A stretch of 50,229 bases of DNA. Origin: a virus (taxonomy: Duplodnaviria > Caudoviricetes). A program made the translations under genes and the position numbers. The stretch is from positions 1 through 50,229 of IMG/VR virus record IMGVR_UViG_3300049139_000262. One strand, given 5' to 3'. The notes beneath the pieces were generated by a model, which worked only from the letters and a program-made list of their open reading frames with translations, did no database searches and was not told the DNA's origin. This document shows, one piece after another, positions 45,282 through 50,229 of the stretch (position 1 is the stretch's first letter; every line of letters starts with the position of its first letter).

Positions 45282-47336
45282 TCAGGCGCCTTCGAGGAAC
45301 CGAGCGGCGTCCTCGATGTCGGACCGCTTGTAGCCGTTCACGCGCCCCTCCTTGTGGGGCACGGTGACCTTGACGGTGCTGCCGGCTCCCGCATCGCGAA
45401 GCAGCTCCCCGAGCCGAGGCCCCGTCATGCCGCCGCCGATGAAGCGGGCCATCTCGTCCAGCTGCGCCTCGTCCCGGTCGAAGTGCGTCATCGCCGCGAG
45501 AGCGCCGCGGACCGCCTCACGCTGCTGCCGCTGCTCCGGGGTCGTGGCGCCAGCCGCTCGGCCCGGGTAGCCGTTCCGCTCCGGGCCGCCGGCCATCGAC
45601 GACAGGCCGGTCTCGGCGAGGAGCATGCGCTCGATCGGGTCGTCCCACTGGCCGGCAAGTCGCCGCGCCTTCTCACGGAGTTTCGCGGCGCGCAGCATGA
45701 GCTCGCTGATCTCGCCGCGCTTGTCCTCGTCGAGGTCGAAGGATCGGGCGAGGTCGGTGATGCCGGCGAAGCCGTTGACGAGCCAGCCGAGGCCGGGGAG
45801 CGGCGGGTCGAACTTCGAGGAGTCCCGGCCCATGCCGGAGGCGCCGCCGCCGAGGATGGCGTTCGACTGGGTCGCGGAGTCGACCTTCATCGCCCAGCGG
45901 GTCATGCAGTTCATCGCCAGGGCTGCGGGCAGCACGTCGACTTCCGGGTACTGCGTGATCAGCACGAGGAGGATTCCGGCGCCTGCGGCGACGGCAGAGA
46001 GCTCGATCAGAGCCTCGAGGATCTCGTCACGGAGCGGCTTGCCCGGTCGGGTGTACGTGGCCACCTCGTCGATAACGAGGAGCTCTATCCCGCCGACCTT
46101 GCTGATGCTGTCCGCGGTGACCTTCGACTTGGACAGCTTGTCGAGTGTCCGCTCGCGCCGGTTCTTGTCCGCGATCTCGGCCTTGAGGAGGGCGAGGAGG
46201 CGTTTCGGACTGGGCTTGAAGTAGGTCGAGGCGACGCCGGCTTTGGCGTAGGCGTTCCACTCGCCGTTCTCCTTCCCGGCGACGATCCGGATGTTGATCC
46301 GGGGGTCCATCGCGGCACCGGCGATCAGGTTGGACGCGCCGACGCCTTTACCGGAGCGGGTGCCGCCGGCGATGACGAAGCTGCTGTTGTTGATCGGCAG
46401 AATCACAGGCTCGCCACGCTTGTTCCACGCGACGGGCACGCCCTGGTCGAAGGCGTCGAGCGGACCGAGGAGGGTCATGAGCGGCGACGGGCGGGGCGTG
46501 TCGAACGGCGGGGTGTCGCTCATCCACAGCGACACCCGTCCCTCGAGACCGGCCTTCGTGACGTCGACCATGGACACGTCCCGGCCGAGGGCCGCGGCGA
46601 GGGAGGCGAGCTTCTTCTTCAGTTCGGCGGCGGTGGAGGCGCCGGGCATGTCGAAGACAGTGACGCTGGACCCGTCCGGGTTGGTCTGGGTGGGCTGCAC
46701 GATTCGGATGGCGCCGCGGAAGCCGCACTCGTTGACCGCTTTCTGCAGCGTTTCGTCGTCCAGTGCAGCGGCGGTCTCCGCTGTATTTAGCTGCGGCGCG
46801 CCGGGCGGTGTCCACGTGCCAGAGCGGCCGTTCCAGGCGCCGGTCGCGTATCCGGCTACGGCGAGGGCAAGGTCGACCCACAGACCGCCGACCGCAAGAC
46901 CGACGGTGCCGCTGGCGCCGATGACGCTTCCCCAGGCGGCGGTCTTGCCGCTGTAGACGAGGCGGTGCATCCGGTAGTCGGCACGCCGCTGCTGGACCGT
47001 GGCCTTGAGCTTGGTCTGCTCGTCGACGTCGTCCTTGGCGGCGGCCAGGGCCTCGCGTGCGGTCTGGATCATCTGGGGGTAGTCGTCGGTCCAGCCGTCG
47101 GCCCAGCGGCGCATCAGGTTGAGGTAGCCGCGTGGCACCCAGGGGGCGTAGAAGTTGTTCGCCTTGGCGTGCCGCTTGGCGGCTTCGACGCGGGCCTTCT
47201 GGGACTCGAACCAGGCGGGGCGGACGGCCTTGGACTGGTGCTCGACGACTGTGCCCTCGACGACGTCGGGCAGGTCTTCGACGAGGCTGAGCGCCGGCCG
47301 GACGACGGTCTGCTCATTGTGCGTAGCGGTAGTCAT
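45282..47336 (-). CDS. traB: TraB-like FtsK/SpoIIIE DNA translocase
   Basis: N-terminal TM pair, AGGTRSGKG Walker A, LLVIDEV Walker B, ITQYP, C-terminal winged-helix-like domain. Confidence 0.82.
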   Translation of the reverse strand: MTTATHNEQTVVRPALSLVEDLPDVVEGTVVEHQSKAVRPAWFESQKARVEAAKRHAKANNFYAPWVPRGYLNLMRRWADGWTDDYPQMIQTAREALAAAKDDVDEQTKLKATVQQRRADYRMHRLVYSGKTAAWGSVIGASGTVGLAVGGLWVDLALAVAGYATGAWNGRSGTWTPPGAPQLNTAETAAALDDETLQKAVNECGFRGAIRIVQPTQTNPDGSSVTVFDMPGASTAAELKKKLASLAAALGRDVSMVDVTKAGLEGRVSLWMSDTPPFDTPRPSPLMTLLGPLDAFDQGVPVAWNKRGEPVILPINNSSFVIAGGTRSGKGVGASNLIAGAAMDPRINIRIVAGKENGEWNAYAKAGVASTYFKPSPKRLLALLKAEIADKNRRERTLDKLSKSKVTADSISKVGGIELLVIDEVATYTRPGKPLRDEILEALIELSAVAAGAGILLVLITQYPEVDVLPAALAMNCMTRWAMKVDSATQSNAILGGGASGMGRDSSKFDPPLPGLGWLVNGFAGITDLARSFDLDEDKRGEISELMLRAAKLREKARRLAGQWDDPIERMLLAETGLSSMAGGPERNGYPGRAAGATTPEQRQQREAVRGALAAMTHFDRDEAQLDEMARFIGGGMTGPRLGELLRDAGAGSTVKVTVPHKEGRVNGYKRSDIEDAARFLEGA

Positions 47337-47347
47337 GGTGGCGTTCC

Positions 47348-48739
47348 TCAGTTCTGCTCGGGCTGGACGGCGTCACGGACTCGGCGGGCGTAGACCTTGC
47401 TGCGGCCGAGGAGCTTGGCGACAGCGGGCGTGGAGAACTGGTCGGCGGGCACGGCGTCGCGGAGCTTCTTCGCGGCTTCGATGTCCTCGGACTTGAGGGG
47501 CTCTGTAGCGTCCGTGCGGGGCGCGCGGCCAGACTGGCGCTTGCCAATCCCCCCAAGGGCTCCGGGGCTCTTAGACGGGCCCTGCGGTCCCTTGCCGACG
47601 GCAGCGCCGTTCGGGCCCTCGTCGCCCCCGGACCGGGTCGGGAACAGGTGGGCGAGGAGCTGCTCGACCGCAACGCGCTCCGGGGTGACTTCGGCGGCCT
47701 CCAGGACGCTGGCGAGGTCCGCCTGCGCCTTCAGCCGGCGGTCGAGGATGTTCGCGGTGACTCCGGGCGGCCCTCCGTAACAGTCGTGCCAGGAGGCAGC
47801 GAATGCGTCCGACCGGGACAGTGCGCCGGGAAGGGCCAGGAGCGACAGCATGCGGTCGTGGACGTCGGGGAACCGCACCGCGGCTTCGGCTTCCTTCCAT
47901 GCCTCGTCGCGGTTGAGAGAGCCGTCCGGGACGGAGGCGAGGATCCGCTGGAACGCCTTGTGCTGCTCGGGGAACATCTCCTTGCGGTCGGCATCCTGCT
48001 GCCGCTCGCGCTGCTCCTGTTCCTTCCTCTTGGAGGCCTCGGCGCGGGCCTTCACCTTGTCGGCGGAGCGCTGCGCCGCGGTCCGGTTGTCTCCGGCGGT
48101 GCGGGCTTCGATGAACTCGCGCAGCTCGACCAGGATGGGCCCGGCGATCGACGTTGCGGCGAGCGCGGTGCCGGCGATCGAGCCGTACATGTCGGCGCCC
48201 TTAGAGCCGTTGATGTAGCCCGCGAATCCGGCGAGGCCTCCGGTGAGAATCCAGAACGGCCAGCGGGCGAAGCCCTTGCGGACTGCCCACTGAGTGCCCT
48301 TGACGGATGTCAGCGCGAGCAGCTCGAGGAAGAACGGGACCGGCAGCAGGTACAGAGCCGGGCCTGCGTCCTTGGGTGCGCCCTCGGGACGGAGGTCGAG
48401 GAAGTAGGAGACGAGAGACGGGAGCGAGGCGAGGAGGCCGAGGGCGAAGATGATGGTGACGAGACGCTTGAAGTCGACGCCGTCGTCCAGGCGTTCCGCT
48501 CGCCGGCGCTCTTTGCGCTGCTCCTTGTCGCTTTCGACCTCTGCTTCGACTGCGCGCAGGTTCTTGACGAGTCGGGCCTGCTTGACCTGCTCGGCAAGGC
48601 GGTTCGTTTCGGTCTGGGCGGTGACGGCGCCGAGGGCTTCTGTGGCAGCCGCAGCCTCGGCGCTGATCCTGGCCGCTTCGGCGCGGGTCTTCTGCGCCTC
48701 GGCCTCGCGCTCGTCCCAGGAGCGGTACGTGCTGCTCAC
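47348..48739 (-). CDS. Spd-like multi-TM coiled-coil protein with C-terminal HTH
   Basis: Coiled coil, about 4 TM helices, second coiled coil, FSTPAVAKLLGRSKVYARRVRD; directly upstream of traB-like gene. Confidence 0.62.
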   Translation of the reverse strand: MSSTYRSWDEREAEAQKTRAEAARISAEAAAATEALGAVTAQTETNRLAEQVKQARLVKNLRAVEAEVESDKEQRKERRRAERLDDGVDFKRLVTIIFALGLLASLPSLVSYFLDLRPEGAPKDAGPALYLLPVPFFLELLALTSVKGTQWAVRKGFARWPFWILTGGLAGFAGYINGSKGADMYGSIAGTALAATSIAGPILVELREFIEARTAGDNRTAAQRSADKVKARAEASKRKEQEQRERQQDADRKEMFPEQHKAFQRILASVPDGSLNRDEAWKEAEAAVRFPDVHDRMLSLLALPGALSRSDAFAASWHDCYGGPPGVTANILDRRLKAQADLASVLEAAEVTPERVAVEQLLAHLFPTRSGGDEGPNGAAVGKGPQGPSKSPGALGGIGKRQSGRAPRTDATEPLKSEDIEAAKKLRDAVPADQFSTPAVAKLLGRSKVYARRVRDAVQPEQN

Positions 48740-48760
48740 GGCGATCGGGTCCTTTCCGGG

Positions 48761-48985
48761 TTAGGCGTGCTGGCGGTTGCGGGGGGCGGGGATGCGGATG
48801 GTTCGCGTGGGCTGCTGCTGGGTGAGCCACTGGTCGATGACGAACGCGGCGGCAACGAGGAGGAGGAGCGCGACACGTGTTCCGGGCGGCGGGGTGAGGC
48901 CGAACAGCCAGGCCATGGCCGCGACGAGGACGGCGACTCGGGCCCGGTGGGCGATGGCGGTCAGGTCGAGGATCATGGCGGTCAC
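48761..48985 (-). CDS. Small two-TM membrane protein
   Basis: Two hydrophobic segments. Confidence 0.65.
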   Translation of the reverse strand: MTAMILDLTAIAHRARVAVLVAAMAWLFGLTPPPGTRVALLLLVAAAFVIDQWLTQQQPTRTIRIPAPRNRQHA

Positions 48986-49173
48986 CGCTGAGGGGTGGTG
49001 CGCCGGTACTGGTCGAGCTCGAACGGGTGGATCCCCGCCTCACGGGCGGCGTTGAAGTTGGCCCGCGCGATCGCCAGGTCGACTGCGGTGGGGGTGGTGC
49101 CGTTCTCGTGGTGGTCGACGAGGTCGTCGGCGGATGCTGCGGCCTGGCGTGCGAGATGCTCACGCTGATTCAT
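48982..49173 (-). CDS. Small hypothetical protein
   Basis: AAGGAG RBS. Confidence 0.65.
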   Translation of the reverse strand: MNQREHLARQAAASADDLVDHHENGTTPTAVDLAIARANFNAAREAGIHPFELDQYRRTTPQR

Positions 49174-49275
49174 CGGGGTTCTCCTTCGGTGGTCGGGGTG
49201 GGTCGGTCTGGCCGGTTCTCCTCACCGCCCGTGCGAGACGGGCGGATCGGGCAGCCGGTCAGCTACGGGGTGGGG

Positions 49276-49440
49276 TTACTTGTCCTCGGGGTCCGTCAGC
49301 GCGAGCTTGTCGAGCTGCTGCTCCGCCTCGGCGATCTTGGCGAGGTAGGCGGCGTCGCCAGTCGTCTCGAACTTGCGGCGGGCCTCGGTGCTCCGCTGCT
49401 CATAGACCTGAGAGGCGGCGCGGATCTCCTTGAGCTTCAT
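49276..49440 (-). CDS. Small helical hypothetical protein
   Basis: AAGGAA RBS; MKLKEIRAASQVYEQ. Confidence 0.6.
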   Translation of the reverse strand: MKLKEIRAASQVYEQRSTEARRKFETTGDAAYLAKIAEAEQQLDKLALTDPEDK

Positions 49441-49520
49441 GGGGGGTTCCTTCCTGGTGACGGGCCGGGGCTGTCCCGGCTCCCCGCGGTCCCGGAAGGT
49501 CCGGGACCACAGGCAGCCGG

Positions 49521-49721
49521 TCAGTGGCCGCAGGTGCCGTTCACGCAGGGGACGTTGCAGTGGCCGCAGCTCTCGTCGCACTTCTCCAGGTAGCGGCCGA
49601 GGGTGGCCTTCGAGATCGCCTTGGCGGCCTTGATGCCCTTCTCGCCAGCGAGCTTCTTGCCGGTGTTGTGGAGCGCGTCGACGGTGCTGTCGAGCAGGTC
49701 ATCGATCTTCTGTCGGGGCAC
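49521..49721 (-). CDS. Small protein with C-terminal Cys cluster
   Basis: GAGGAG RBS; CDESCGHCNVPCVNGTCGH. Confidence 0.65.
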   Translation of the reverse strand: MPRQKIDDLLDSTVDALHNTGKKLAGEKGIKAAKAISKATLGRYLEKCDESCGHCNVPCVNGTCGH

Positions 49722-49749
49722 TGGATCTCCTCGGTTTGCAGGGCGGCCA

Positions 49750-49953
49750 TCAGACGCCGGTCTCGGCGATGTACTGGATGCGGGACTCGGGGATGGAGAT
49801 CTTCAGGCCGCCGGTGTAGACGAGCTCGATCCAGTCGCCGACCTCCTTGAAGTCCTCCAGGCCGGCCTGGTCGTAGCCGAGGCTCCCGAAGGCGTCGGTG
49901 GCTTCGCCTTGGGTGTAGGTGGCGGTGTCGGTGATGATCTGGAAGCGGCCCAT
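49750..49953 (-). CDS. Small hypothetical protein
   Basis: AAAGGAG RBS. Confidence 0.7.
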   Translation of the reverse strand: MGRFQIITDTATYTQGEATDAFGSLGYDQAGLEDFKEVGDWIELVYTGGLKISIPESRIQYIAETGV

Positions 49954-49984
49954 GAGGGGCTCCTTTCGGTTGGTGTGGCGGTGG

Positions 49985-50179
49985 TCAGGCGGCGAGGTCG
50001 GCGAGGAGCTGGGTGCCGTGGACGATGTCGTGGCCGGCGATGAGGGCCTCGACTCGGCGGAGTTCGAGCTCGTCGCCGTTGTGCAGGGCCCACGCGTGGC
50101 GGGCGGTGAGCTCGCGGCGGGCGTTCTGCTCGGCCTCGTAGGCGTCGAGGTCGGTGGCGGAGATGAGGCGGAGGGACAT
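49985..50179 (-). CDS. Small hypothetical protein
   Basis: AAGGAG RBS. Confidence 0.7.
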   Translation of the reverse strand: MSLRLISATDLDAYEAEQNARRELTARHAWALHNGDELELRRVEALIAGHDIVHGTQLLADLAA

Positions 50180-50229
50180 GGGGGTGCTCCTTCGAGTCGG
50201 TACGGCGTGGGTTGGGGTGGGTGCCGGGG

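Larger units (their letters stand above)
2..50229. mobile_element. Integrated siphovirus-type prophage (continues past the right edge) with a conjugation-like module
   Basis: Terminase, portal, capsid, tail and lysis genes all present; host uppP end at left; exact left boundary inferred. Confidence 0.93.

Noticed and set aside
45354-48991. 478-aa and 447-aa plus-strand ORFs
   Set aside because: Antisense shadows of the TraB-like and Spd-like genes
1-50229. tRNA, rRNA, reverse transcriptase/DGR, retron or IS transposase
   Set aside because: No such motifs or long duplicated segments recognised by eye; tRNAscan and HMM searches would be needed to exclude them fully

Overview
High-GC actinobacterial (Streptomyces-like) sequence, almost entirely one arm and the centre of an integrated temperate siphovirus-type prophage that starts at the 3' end of host uppP (bacA). 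Order: uppP 3' end and an att-like repeat region (1-330); regulators and accessory genes with a Cre-like tyrosine recombinase, a dif/lox-like site and a degenerate second recombinase (0.6-8.5 kb); lysis cassette (8.5-12 kb, minus); a plus-strand island (12.2-15.3 kb); tail, connector, capsid and scaffold genes (15.4-32.3 kb, minus); a divergent MuF-terS-terL-portal block (32.5-36.9 kb, plus); then a mostly minus-strand run of small genes with a PAPS-reductase-family gene, T5orf172/GIY-YIG and ParB-like genes, and a TraB-like FtsK translocase with an Spd-like membrane protein and clt-like repeats (37-50 kb). Top candidate novelty: an apparently intact virion-forming prophage that also carries a Streptomyces plasmid/AICE-type conjugation module. 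No clear integrase, immunity repressor or replication module is visible; they probably lie beyond the right edge. All family calls come from motif recognition by eye, not database searches. Several starts were trimmed relative to the ORF track.
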